Both the position numbers and the translations under genes were made by a program. From assembly GCA_047150005.1 (NCBI GenBank), contig AP038806.1:2368001-2432000 (forward strand): 64,000 nt of DNA. The letters run 5' to 3'. Shown piece after piece: positions 8,738-18,400 of the stretch (within the stretch, counting starts at the first letter, position 1; every line of letters begins with the position of its first letter). The stretch is from Nitrospira sp. (GTDB taxonomy: Bacteria > Nitrospirota > Nitrospiria > Nitrospirales > Nitrospiraceae). The notes under the pieces were generated by a model that did not search any database, was not told where the DNA came from, and worked only from the letters and a program-made list of their open reading frames with translations.

Positions 8738-11700
8738 ACCCGGAACAATCGACAACCTGGTCAGTGGGCTTGCCGGTGCCTTTTCGCCGCTTCGCGAACA
8801 CATCGAGGACGGCACGACGCTGGAGCTCCTGGCGGAATTGGGCCTTCAATTTCCGGACAGCTTGGCTTCGGATCCTGGGTTCACCAACGCGTTGCAGTCG
8901 ATTTCCGCAGCCCTCGTCAGTCTTCCCGAACTCACCCGCTCGCTGAGCGCGGCTGTCGACGCCGACGATCACGCGGCCGCCGTTCAGACGGCGTTCCAGA
9001 TTATCAAGCGAATTGCCGATTTGATCACTGGATTGACGACGGTGGCGAACGCCATCAAGGCGAACTCGTACCCGGGCTTGACGCCGGCCGATGTGGACGC
9101 GTTCGCCAACACGCTGCCGAAGCGGCTGGTGGAGTACCTGGTCATTCGGCAAACCGAAGACGCACTTCCGGTGGCGGCCGCGGGCCTCGACTTTATCGGT
9201 GTCTTCGACCGCACAAACCACAACGTCGGATCAGCCGATCCCGGAAAACCGCCCTTCACGAAACGCGAGTTGCATCTCGGCGCGGTCAGCGACTTTTTCA
9301 AGTCACCCGGCGATCTGTTGCAGGCGAAATACGGTTGGGGGAATCCGGGCTTCGATGGGCGCGACGTGCTCCGCAAACTTGAGACTCTCTCGCTCGAAAT
9401 GGGATTGCCTGCCGTGTACACCGATGGGCCGGTTCCCACGTTGGACCTCGTGTTTTTGGAGATCCAGCCCAAAACCGATGTGTCGCCGCCGGGGCTGCGT
9501 GTGGTGGTCCACGAACCGTTGAAGGGTGCGAATACGTTCACAACCGGAGGGCCGGAGTGGTCACTCGAGTTCGCCACAGAAGCGCAGGCAGCCGTAGACG
9601 TGGCGCTCATCCTCCAACCCGATGGATCGTTTTCGATCACTTCGCCGGCGGTGCCCGTACAGGGAACGATGCAGGCGACCTTCCGCACAAAGCCGACGCC
9701 CGGCGCGAATGCGTACGTTCTCGTCGGCGAGCCAGGCAAGAGCCGCCTCGAGTTCCAGGAATTCTCGATGGGGCTGAGGTCGACGCTGACCTTCGACAGC
9801 ACGACCCTCACGGCGGACGGCGATGTCGGAGCCGATGCCCGGATCAAGGGCGGGCACCTGGTCATCGATCTATCCGAAGCAGACGGATTTATCGGCACGA
9901 TCCTTTCGGCGGCGAAATTCTCCACTCAATTCGATCTCGCCATGGGAGTGTCGCGCAAGGGTTTCTACTTCGAAGGCAGCGGCGGACTCGAAATCCAAAT
10001 TCCGTTGCATGTGAATCTGGCAGTCGTCGAAATCGAGTCGCTGACCGTTGGAATCGGGTTGACGCCGCAAGGGCTGCCCGTCAGCCTTGGCGCGGATCTG
10101 AAGGCGAACCTCGGACCTTTAGTGGTGGTGGTCGAAAACATGGGGGTCCAGGCGACCTTCGCCATCGACGACAACCACAAAGGCAATCTCGGACCGCTCG
10201 ATGTCGGATTTGCGTTTAAACCACCCCGCGGTCTGGGTCTGTCGGTAGACACGGGCGTGGTGAAGGGGGGCGGCTACCTCTACTTCGACTTCGAGAAGGA
10301 AGAATACGCCGGTGCGCTCGAGCTCGCGGTCATGGACATTGTGACCGTGAAGGCCATTGGTCTGGTCACCACCCGCATGCCCGATGGGAGCAAGGGCTTC
10401 TCCCTGCTCCTCATTATTTCCGCGGAGTTCACCGGCATCCAATTGGGCTTCGGCTTTACGCTGACCGGCCTTGGTGGATTACTGGGATTGAACCGGACGA
10501 TGCAACTCACCGTGATCGCGACGGGCGTGCGCACCGGTGGGATCAACAGCATCATGTTTCCCAAGGATGTGGTGGCGAACGCGCCGCGCATCATCAGCGA
10601 TCTGCGAGTGTATTTCCCGCCGATGGAAGGCCGGTTCCTGGTGGGCCTGATGGCCAAGATCGGCTGGGGCACGCCGACACTGGCCAGCATCTCGCTGGGA
10701 CTGATCGTCGAGATCCCGCCGGGGAAGATCGCGATTTTGGGGGTCCTCAAAGTGGCCCTGCCGGCCGAGGACGCAGCGCTGATCTTAATTCAGGTGAATT
10801 TTATCGGCGCGATCGAGCCCGACAAGAGCCGGCTTTGGTTTTTCGCAGAGCTGTTCGAGTCGCGCGTGCTGTTTATCAGCATCGAAGGGGGCATGGGCCT
10901 GCTCGTCGCCTGGGGCGACGATGCCAATTTCGTGCTGTCGGTCGGCGGCTTCCATCCACGATTCAACCCGCCGCCGTTGCCCTTCCCTGTACCCAAGCGG
11001 CTCGCCATCGACATCCTGAACACGCCCGTATCGCGGATCCGGATCGAAGGCTATTTTGCCGTCACCTCCAATACCGTGCAGTTTGGCGCGCGCGCCGAAC
11101 TGCGGCTGGGATTTGACGACCTCGGAATCTTCGGGCACGTCGCGTTTGACGCGCTGTTTCAGTTCTCACCGTTCTATTTCATCATCGACATCTCCGGCTC
11201 CGTGGAGCTCAAGGTGTGCGGTCTCGGCCTGTTCTCGATCCGCCTCGATTTTTCGCTCGAAGGTCCGACGCCGTGGCGAGCCAAAGGCGAGGGCACACTG
11301 TCCCTGCTCTTCTTCGATATCTCCGCGGACTTCGATATCACCTGGGGCGACCGCGAGGATACGTCGCTGCCGCCGATTCCGGTGATGCCGCTTCTGACCG
11401 ACGAATTCAATAAGGCCGAGAACTGGCGCGCGGAACTGCCACCGGGCAATAGTCTCCTGGTGTCGCTGCGCCAACTGTCCGGCACGGAGGGCCTGGTACT
11501 GCACCCGGTGGGCACTCTGGTCGTGAGCCAGCGGCGCGTGCCGCTCGACCTCGACATAGCCAAAGTCGGGAGCCAGAAGGTGGCGGACGCCAAACACTTC
11601 AGTGTCACGGTCACGACCACGGGCCTGGGCAAACACGGCGACCGCAAAGAACAGTTCGCGATGGGGCAGTTTCTCGATCTGAGCAATGACGAAAAGCTGA

Positions 11701-12152
11701 GCCGCAAGGGATATGAACTTCAGGACGGCGGGGTTGTGCTGTCCGCCGTCGGTCGACAAGCCGTGTCGTCGCGGGCCGTGAAGCGCACCGTACGCTACGA
11801 AATGATCATCTTCGACAGCAAATACAAGAAAACGCTCATCCGCTTCTTCGAGTTCAGCGGCACGCTCTTCACGCATTTCCTGCGTGGAAACTCGGCGGCA
11901 AAGTCCGGGCTGTCTCAGGCGACGAAGAAGATGTTTGCGCCCTTCGATGACAAAGTGAAGGTGCAGCAGGAAGCGTACGTCGTGGCCACGAATGTCGACA
12001 ACACGCCGGTCAACCCGACGAAGGCCGTTTTTGCCAGCGAAGCCGAGGCCTACGACTTCATGCAAGGGCAAACGCTCGCGAACCCTGAGTTTGCGGGCAC
12101 CTTGCATGTGATCCCGGCGCATGAAGCCGTGATGCCGGACAGGAGCCACTGA
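8727..12152 (+). CDS. Large glycine/beta-strand-rich protein, DUF6603-like
   Basis: GGGYL…YAGALEL, GFGFTLTGLGGLLGLNR, LSVGGFHPRF, YFAVTSNTVQFGA, LEGPTPW are motifs I associate with DUF6603. GTG overlaps the end of the upstream gene. Confidence 0.75.
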   Translation: MPGEPGTIDNLVSGLAGAFSPLREHIEDGTTLELLAELGLQFPDSLASDPGFTNALQSISAALVSLPELTRSLSAAVDADDHAAAVQTAFQIIKRIADLITGLTTVANAIKANSYPGLTPADVDAFANTLPKRLVEYLVIRQTEDALPVAAAGLDFIGVFDRTNHNVGSADPGKPPFTKRELHLGAVSDFFKSPGDLLQAKYGWGNPGFDGRDVLRKLETLSLEMGLPAVYTDGPVPTLDLVFLEIQPKTDVSPPGLRVVVHEPLKGANTFTTGGPEWSLEFATEAQAAVDVALILQPDGSFSITSPAVPVQGTMQATFRTKPTPGANAYVLVGEPGKSRLEFQEFSMGLRSTLTFDSTTLTADGDVGADARIKGGHLVIDLSEADGFIGTILSAAKFSTQFDLAMGVSRKGFYFEGSGGLEIQIPLHVNLAVVEIESLTVGIGLTPQGLPVSLGADLKANLGPLVVVVENMGVQATFAIDDNHKGNLGPLDVGFAFKPPRGLGLSVDTGVVKGGGYLYFDFEKEEYAGALELAVMDIVTVKAIGLVTTRMPDGSKGFSLLLIISAEFTGIQLGFGFTLTGLGGLLGLNRTMQLTVIATGVRTGGINSIMFPKDVVANAPRIISDLRVYFPPMEGRFLVGLMAKIGWGTPTLASISLGLIVEIPPGKIAILGVLKVALPAEDAALILIQVNFIGAIEPDKSRLWFFAELFESRVLFISIEGGMGLLVAWGDDANFVLSVGGFHPRFNPPPLPFPVPKRLAIDILNTPVSRIRIEGYFAVTSNTVQFGARAELRLGFDDLGIFGHVAFDALFQFSPFYFIIDISGSVELKVCGLGLFSIRLDFSLEGPTPWRAKGEGTLSLLFFDISADFDITWGDREDTSLPPIPVMPLLTDEFNKAENWRAELPPGNSLLVSLRQLSGTEGLVLHPVGTLVVSQRRVPLDLDIAKVGSQKVADAKHFSVTVTTTGLGKHGDRKEQFAMGQFLDLSNDEKLSRKGYELQDGGVVLSAVGRQAVSSRAVKRTVRYEMIIFDSKYKKTLIRFFEFSGTLFTHFLRGNSAAKSGLSQATKKMFAPFDDKVKVQQEAYVVATNVDNTPVNPTKAVFASEAEAYDFMQGQTLANPEFAGTLHVIPAHEAVMPDRSH

Positions 12153-12157
12153 CCACC

Positions 12158-15100
12158 ATGCCTTCACCTGTTGCCACATATACGTTTCTGCCATGGCTGC
12201 GGCAGGGAATCGCCAATCAGATTCAAGGCGGCGCAGCGGCCGTGCGAGCAACGATCAAGGTACAGCTCGACATCACCGGTACGGGAATCGGAGACGACGA
12301 ACACACGCCTGTCGAACGTGACGTGAGCCTCTACAGTCCCGGCGACATCGTGGGCATCGATCCCAAGGCGATCATCCGCGTCGAGCCGAGAAATTGGATC
12401 ACGAATTTCGAACCGAACTACCTGCCCTTCGTCGAGTTTTACGACGAAGACTTTCCCTGGCGGTACACGCCCGCGCCGGCCGATACCGGTCTCCATAGAC
12501 TCACACCATGGATCGCACTGCTCGTACTCGAAGAGGCGACGGAATTCGAGGACGGCAAGAATATTCAGAACCGGCCTCTTCCGTTCATCACCATCAAAGG
12601 CGACCTGACGAAATTGCTGCCGCGGCATGACGAGCTCTGGGCCTGGGCGCACGTGCACGTGAATCAAGCGCTGCACGCGGGAACCGATGTCGTCGCTCCG
12701 GACACCGGCGCGGCGCTGTCGCAGTTCGAATCCCTCCTGCGAACGAATGCGGACATGGCCTATTCCCGGCTGATGAGCCCGCGCGACTTGGCCGAGAACA
12801 AGACCTATCACGCCTTCGTCGTGCCGGCGTTTGAAACCGGCCGGCGGGCGGGACTGAATCTCGATATCCCACCCGACCTCGACGCGGCCGCGCCCGCGTG
12901 GGGCGGTGCCGCGAGACCGGAAGCCGGCAGCTTTCCGTACTACTTCCGCTGGCAATTCCGCACGGGCGCGATGGGCGACTTCGAATTCCTTGTGCGTTTA
13001 TTGAAACCTCGACCGATGGATGTGCGCGTCGGCCAGCGCGATATGGATGTGCAAAATCCCGGCGCCTCGCTGCCGAACCTGGGCGTACTCAATGACATTC
13101 TGCGATTGGGCGGCGCACTCCGCGTACCGTACTCGACACTCAAGCCCGAAGACAAAGCAGAGTTCGACCAGTACGATCTGTGGGCCACGCCGCCGGCCAA
13201 TCCCTATCCGCAACCGTTCCAGGCGCGTTTGGCGGCATTGCTCAACCTGGCTGACGATTACGCCGCAACGAATGCATCATCGGCCAACGCAGGCGCCGGT
13301 CTTCCGCCGGTTCCAGCCGACGACAGTGACGACCCGGTGATGACACCGCCGGTGTACGGCCGCTGGCACGCGGCTGTCAGCCGTGTGCTCAAGGAGCGCG
13401 ACGGCAGCGACGTCGCCCACAATCGGAACTGGCTTCATGAGTTGAACCTCGATCCGCGCTATCGCGTCGCCTCAGGCTTCGGCACAAGAGTGGTGCAGGA
13501 CAATCAGGAGACCTACATGGACAAAGCCTGGGAGCAGTTAGGCGATGTCCTCGAAGCAAACCGTCGTCTGCGGCGGGGACAGTTTGCGCTGGCGGTGGGA
13601 AAACAGTGGCATGCCACTTACGTGAAGGCGCTTGCGGACGCTCATCCTGAAAAACTGATCTTGTTCACCGGAGCCGTGCAGCGGAGAATCGTGGGCGGGG
13701 GTGTCACATTGGGATACCGGTTGAGCGCGAGTCCGCTGACGCGGACCGCAATCTCGGCGCCGTTCCGGAAGTCGGTCCGCTCGGGCAACCGTGCCATGAA
13801 GCTCTCGGGCCTGCGGGCGCCGGCGGGACCCGCAGCACCGGGCCTGCTGCAGCGCTGGAATGACGGCGCAATCGCGCCGGCTGTGCCCAAATCGCTGCCA
13901 CCTGGTTTGCCGACGATCGACCAAGCCGCCGGGCAGGTGGAGCCCACGGGCGCACCGGCTTGGCTGCTGCCGTTGCTCCGTCGATATTCCTGGCTGCCAT
14001 GGATCGCCTTGGGAATCGGCCTGTTGATGCTGTTGCTGCTCGTCATCTTGTTCTCGTCGGCCGTCGGCGTGACGGTCGGCGGGCTTGCTACGGTCGCCGG
14101 ATACTATGTCTTCAGAACAATGCAGAGCTGGCAACACCAGACCAAAGTCGCCGACATGCTCAGTGAATCAGGCCGCACGCCCGAAGCCGTGGACACGTTG
14201 CCCAAGAGTCCTGATTTTCACTTGAGCGAGCCAGGCAGCGGATTCCAAACGCGTAGCGGCGATGTCGACAGTCCTGAAGCAACGAATTTTAAGACGGCGT
14301 TGCGCGGCCTCTTCACCTTTCAGCAGGCGGTGGTCGCAGTACCTCAGCCTCCGGAACCCCTCAAGCTGGATGTGACCGCGTTTGTCAAAGCAACCGTGCT
14401 CGGCACGGAACCCGCCCGTACCTTGCCGCCGCGGGTCTGGAGTCAGATTTCCATTCCAGGCCGCATCGCGGGCAACCTCGTGTTTGATTTCGACGACATC
14501 ATGGAGTATCCGAAGATCGATCTGCCGATGTACGAGCCGCTACGGGATATTTCGCCGGAACTGTTCCTGCCCAACATCCATCTGATCGAGCAAAATACCA
14601 TCTCACTGCTGGAGACAAACCAGAAATTTATCGAATCGTACATGGTGGGGGTAAATCACGAATTTGCCCGGGAGCTGCTGTGGCGCGAATTTCCCACCGA
14701 CCAGCGCGGCAGCTATTTCCGGCAGTTCTGGGATGTGCGCGCGTATCTCGACCCGCACGACCCGAAAGCCCAGCAACGACGCGAGCAGTTGTTCGACATC
14801 GAGGAAATACACAAGTGGCCGAAGGATTCGGAACTAGGGCGGAACGATCCGAAGGACGCCACGGCTCCCCCACGAGAAGAGGTGGTGTTGGTGATTCGGG
14901 GGGAACTGCTGAAGCGGTATCCCAACGCGGTCATTTACGCGCATCGCGCCGACTGGCGGCGTGTGGGGGACACGCCGTCGGGCGCCATCGATCGCAGTTG
15001 GCCGCGCATTCTGTTGGAGATTCCCGCTTCCGAAGAGGACAACCCGCCGCGCAACAAAGTGAAAACACCGCTCTATAGCGCGCAGGTGTATCCCGACATT

Positions 15101-15490
15101 TACTTTTTCGGATTCGATTTGACGGTAGACGATGCAAAGGGCGAAACGCCCACCGCGCCGGACGATCCTGGTTGGTTCTTCGTCATCAAGGAGCGCCCGG
15201 GCGAGCCGCGATTCGGTCTCGACGAAGGAAACAACAACGTCTTTCGAACGTGGAACGATCTCGGTTGGGGCGATGTCCAGGAGCAGGACTCCACGTTCCT
15301 TCGCGCGGCCCAAAACGATGTACACATCACTCCTTCAGGAAGCGATGATCCCCCGGGGATCCTGCAACAAGCAGCGGAGGACGACGACATTCGATGGACC
15401 AACTCCTCGAATGCCGCTGACATCGCCTATGTGCTCTATCAGGTGCCGGTTCTGGTGGCCGTGCACGGGTCGGAAATGCTGCCACGGTAA
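12158..15490 (+). CDS. Hypothetical protein, 1110 aa, with a central transmembrane hairpin
   Basis: Long ORF 5 bp after the upstream stop. Hydrophobic stretch WLPWIALGIGLLMLLLLVILFSSAVGVTVGGLATVAGYYVF. Motif-like blocks LPFVEFYDEDFPWRYTP, ELNLDPRYR, EFARELLWREFPTDQRGSYFRQFW. Confidence 0.85.
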   Translation: MPSPVATYTFLPWLRQGIANQIQGGAAAVRATIKVQLDITGTGIGDDEHTPVERDVSLYSPGDIVGIDPKAIIRVEPRNWITNFEPNYLPFVEFYDEDFPWRYTPAPADTGLHRLTPWIALLVLEEATEFEDGKNIQNRPLPFITIKGDLTKLLPRHDELWAWAHVHVNQALHAGTDVVAPDTGAALSQFESLLRTNADMAYSRLMSPRDLAENKTYHAFVVPAFETGRRAGLNLDIPPDLDAAAPAWGGAARPEAGSFPYYFRWQFRTGAMGDFEFLVRLLKPRPMDVRVGQRDMDVQNPGASLPNLGVLNDILRLGGALRVPYSTLKPEDKAEFDQYDLWATPPANPYPQPFQARLAALLNLADDYAATNASSANAGAGLPPVPADDSDDPVMTPPVYGRWHAAVSRVLKERDGSDVAHNRNWLHELNLDPRYRVASGFGTRVVQDNQETYMDKAWEQLGDVLEANRRLRRGQFALAVGKQWHATYVKALADAHPEKLILFTGAVQRRIVGGGVTLGYRLSASPLTRTAISAPFRKSVRSGNRAMKLSGLRAPAGPAAPGLLQRWNDGAIAPAVPKSLPPGLPTIDQAAGQVEPTGAPAWLLPLLRRYSWLPWIALGIGLLMLLLLVILFSSAVGVTVGGLATVAGYYVFRTMQSWQHQTKVADMLSESGRTPEAVDTLPKSPDFHLSEPGSGFQTRSGDVDSPEATNFKTALRGLFTFQQAVVAVPQPPEPLKLDVTAFVKATVLGTEPARTLPPRVWSQISIPGRIAGNLVFDFDDIMEYPKIDLPMYEPLRDISPELFLPNIHLIEQNTISLLETNQKFIESYMVGVNHEFARELLWREFPTDQRGSYFRQFWDVRAYLDPHDPKAQQRREQLFDIEEIHKWPKDSELGRNDPKDATAPPREEVVLVIRGELLKRYPNAVIYAHRADWRRVGDTPSGAIDRSWPRILLEIPASEEDNPPRNKVKTPLYSAQVYPDIYFFGFDLTVDDAKGETPTAPDDPGWFFVIKERPGEPRFGLDEGNNNVFRTWNDLGWGDVQEQDSTFLRAAQNDVHITPSGSDDPPGILQQAAEDDDIRWTNSSNAADIAYVLYQVPVLVAVHGSEMLPR

Positions 15491-15496
15491 ACGACG

Positions 15497-18400
15497 ATGA
15501 GCGAGTTCGAACAAGTTCGTCAACAACTGAATCAGGCGCGTGACAGGCACGCCGAAGCTCGAGAAGAGCGCGCCGCCGCGGGCCGGCGCTTGCAGCGCTT
15601 GGACGCGCAAATCGCGCAGCTCGAGCGCCAGGCCGGGGACCAGAATTCCAACGCCGTGCGGCAACTGGGTCAATTGCGCGGAGGTCGCGCGAACGCCGCC
15701 AATGCACTCAAGGACGCCGAAACGAAGTTCGCCGGTGCGCGCGAATCACTGGATCGGTTTGCAAATGACTTCTTCGCCTTCAGCGATCCGACGCACTTCG
15801 TGGAACGTCTTGACGACGGCGTCCCCTTGCTGATGTTCCCGGTACGGATTGAGACGCGGTTCGTGCGATCCGAACTCTGGGTCCGTATCTATCCCGACGA
15901 CTGCTTGATCGACACGTTCGAGACGGCGCTCTCGGGCACCGAGGTGAGAGCAGCGAGACGGTATTACATCGAATCCTGGAAAGCCGGCGGGATCGATGAT
16001 CAGGAGCGAGCCGCCTGGCGGGGTTTGGTGGGGAGTGTAGGGTCCGGCCGAGCAGCATGGATTCTGCAACAGTTCGCACCGCTCAATCCTGCCGATAAGC
16101 CCGCGAAAGCGCGACCGGAAGCCATCGTATTGGTGATCGCCGCCGACCAACCGTTACCGTTGCCGCAGAATGTGATTGTCGACTACTGGCGCGCAGTCTG
16201 GCAGGCCCGAGGCGATGCGGCGCTGTTGGATACCGCGTTCCAGAACCTGGCCGGTGCGCCGGGAAGCTCTGTGGCCTTGGCGGAACAGATCGTTCGCGAT
16301 TTCGTGCCGGACAACATCCGAGCGTGGACCACGTCGGCGGAAACGACTCCGGACGTCGCGCTGTTGCGGTTTGCGCCGTTGTCCGAGCTCGACACGAAGA
16401 ACTTGTCCTGGACCGAGCCTCCCAAAGTGTATCTGTTTCCGGACCGCTTTATCTTCATCGGTCAAAACAGCGGACAGCCGGCATTGCAGATGCCGTTCAA
16501 TCCCGTCGTGCTTCCGCTGACCACGGGACCTGATCCTACAGAAGCCCAGCAATTCGTGGAGGACGCGGGCGATCTGCACATCGGCGAGGACATTCGCTGG
16601 ATGACGGATTTCGCAGCCGCGGAGGCCAAGGGTCTTGGCCTGAAGGTGCCTCTCAACTCCGCCCAAGCCGCCAGCGGATTCGAGAGAGTGTTCGTCGTCG
16701 GCATCCGCCTGAGTGCGGATGCAGAACGAAACGCCGCAGATTTGCAGGACCTGTTCACACATCATCTGTATAGCCGGAGCGGCTTCGCGATCGTGCCGCA
16801 AGGAACGCCGACAAACAATACGGAGGAAGCGACCTCGCCCTTCAACCGCACCGACGATCCTGACGACAGCTACGACGTGTTCGTGAAGAGCGCGACGCAG
16901 TTCACTTCGAGCACCGACCCCCTGCGTAAAGCCGACGGCCAGTGGTTGGCCGAGTGGCTGGGACTCGATCCGGCGGTTTTCCAACAAGTCCCCAACGCAG
17001 GACAGAAGGATCAGCTCGAGGCGCGCGCCATGAATACGGCGCTATGGCCCGCCACCTGGGGCTATTATTTCGAGCGCCTGCTGCATCCCGTGCTGGACGA
17101 TGCCGCGATACGGCAGACGCGAGCATTCTTCCTTAAATACGTCTCCGGCCGTGGGCCGGTGCCCGCGGTACGAATCGGCCGCCAACCGTATGGGATTCTC
17201 CCGATTTCACCGTTCCGCCATCTGGGTTGGGTCAAGCAGTTGGCGGGACGCAAGGACGCCGACTCGGTGTATATCATGCGGTTGTATGAGCTGCTGCTGA
17301 AGCTCGACACGATCTGGCGGGGCTTGGCGGACAAGGTCAAGCAAATCGGCACGCCGGGCGATCCCGATCCGCAGGACACGCTGCTCAACGTCTTGGGTTT
17401 GCATCCGCTGTGCGAAGAGGTCCACGCCGTGCTCGGCGAGCCGTACAACGTGAGCTACAACACTGTGGTTCTCGGTTTGAATGGTGCCCCGGATACGTTG
17501 AAACAAACGCCCGACGCAGCGGGAGGCCGGCTCCTGCGCGATCTCGGTTATCAGGGCATTGGCATTCCGGAAATCTTATCGCGCAATTACTTCGGCCGCC
17601 CGTTTCAACTGCACGACATCCTGGTCGATGATCGCCCTGCATCGGAAACAGCTCTGGTGCGTGATTACACGCCCGCACCCGCTCCGCTCAATTACGTAGA
17701 ATGGCTGCTGAAGAAGGGGCGCGATTCGGTGGACGATATTCGCCGGGAGGTCGGGTTCACCGACGGGAACACACCGAACGCCCTCCTGTATCTGTTTCTG
17801 CGGCAGGCGTTGCTGCTGGCGTTCGAACGTGCATCGCGACACGTCAAACGACCGTTCGTCAGCGCCGACCTCTTCGCCAGCTGGAAGGCGCCACAGACGT
17901 TCATCCACGTCGCCGCGTCGGTCAATGACCAAGCGGTCACGTCCGAAAGTCCCTGGGCTCATCTGTATTTGGATTTTCCACAGGTCACAGGCCGGGCGAA
18001 CTACTCGCTCGCCCAGTACCTCGTGGACTCCATCGATACGCTCAGCGAGGCGGACGAACTGCGCGACCTCTTGACCGCACTTGAGCGGCTGGTCAAGACG
18101 CCCACCGCCGCGTTGGAACGGCTGCTGCGCGAACATTTCGACTTGTGCCATTACCGGCTCGACGCCTGGAAGACGGGGCTGAACCATTTGCAATTGTCGT
18201 TCATGCGAATGTCCAACCGCGCCGACAACGCCGGCTCGCGCCGCGGCATTCACATCGGAGCGTACGGTTGGCTGGAGGGCGTGAAGCCTCAACCCAGGAG
18301 GATGACGCCGGTCCGGCTGGAAGGCGCGCTCGACCAGGTGTTCAACACAGCACCCGGGCAGCCTCAATTGATGCGCGACAGCAGCAACGGTGGGTTCGTT

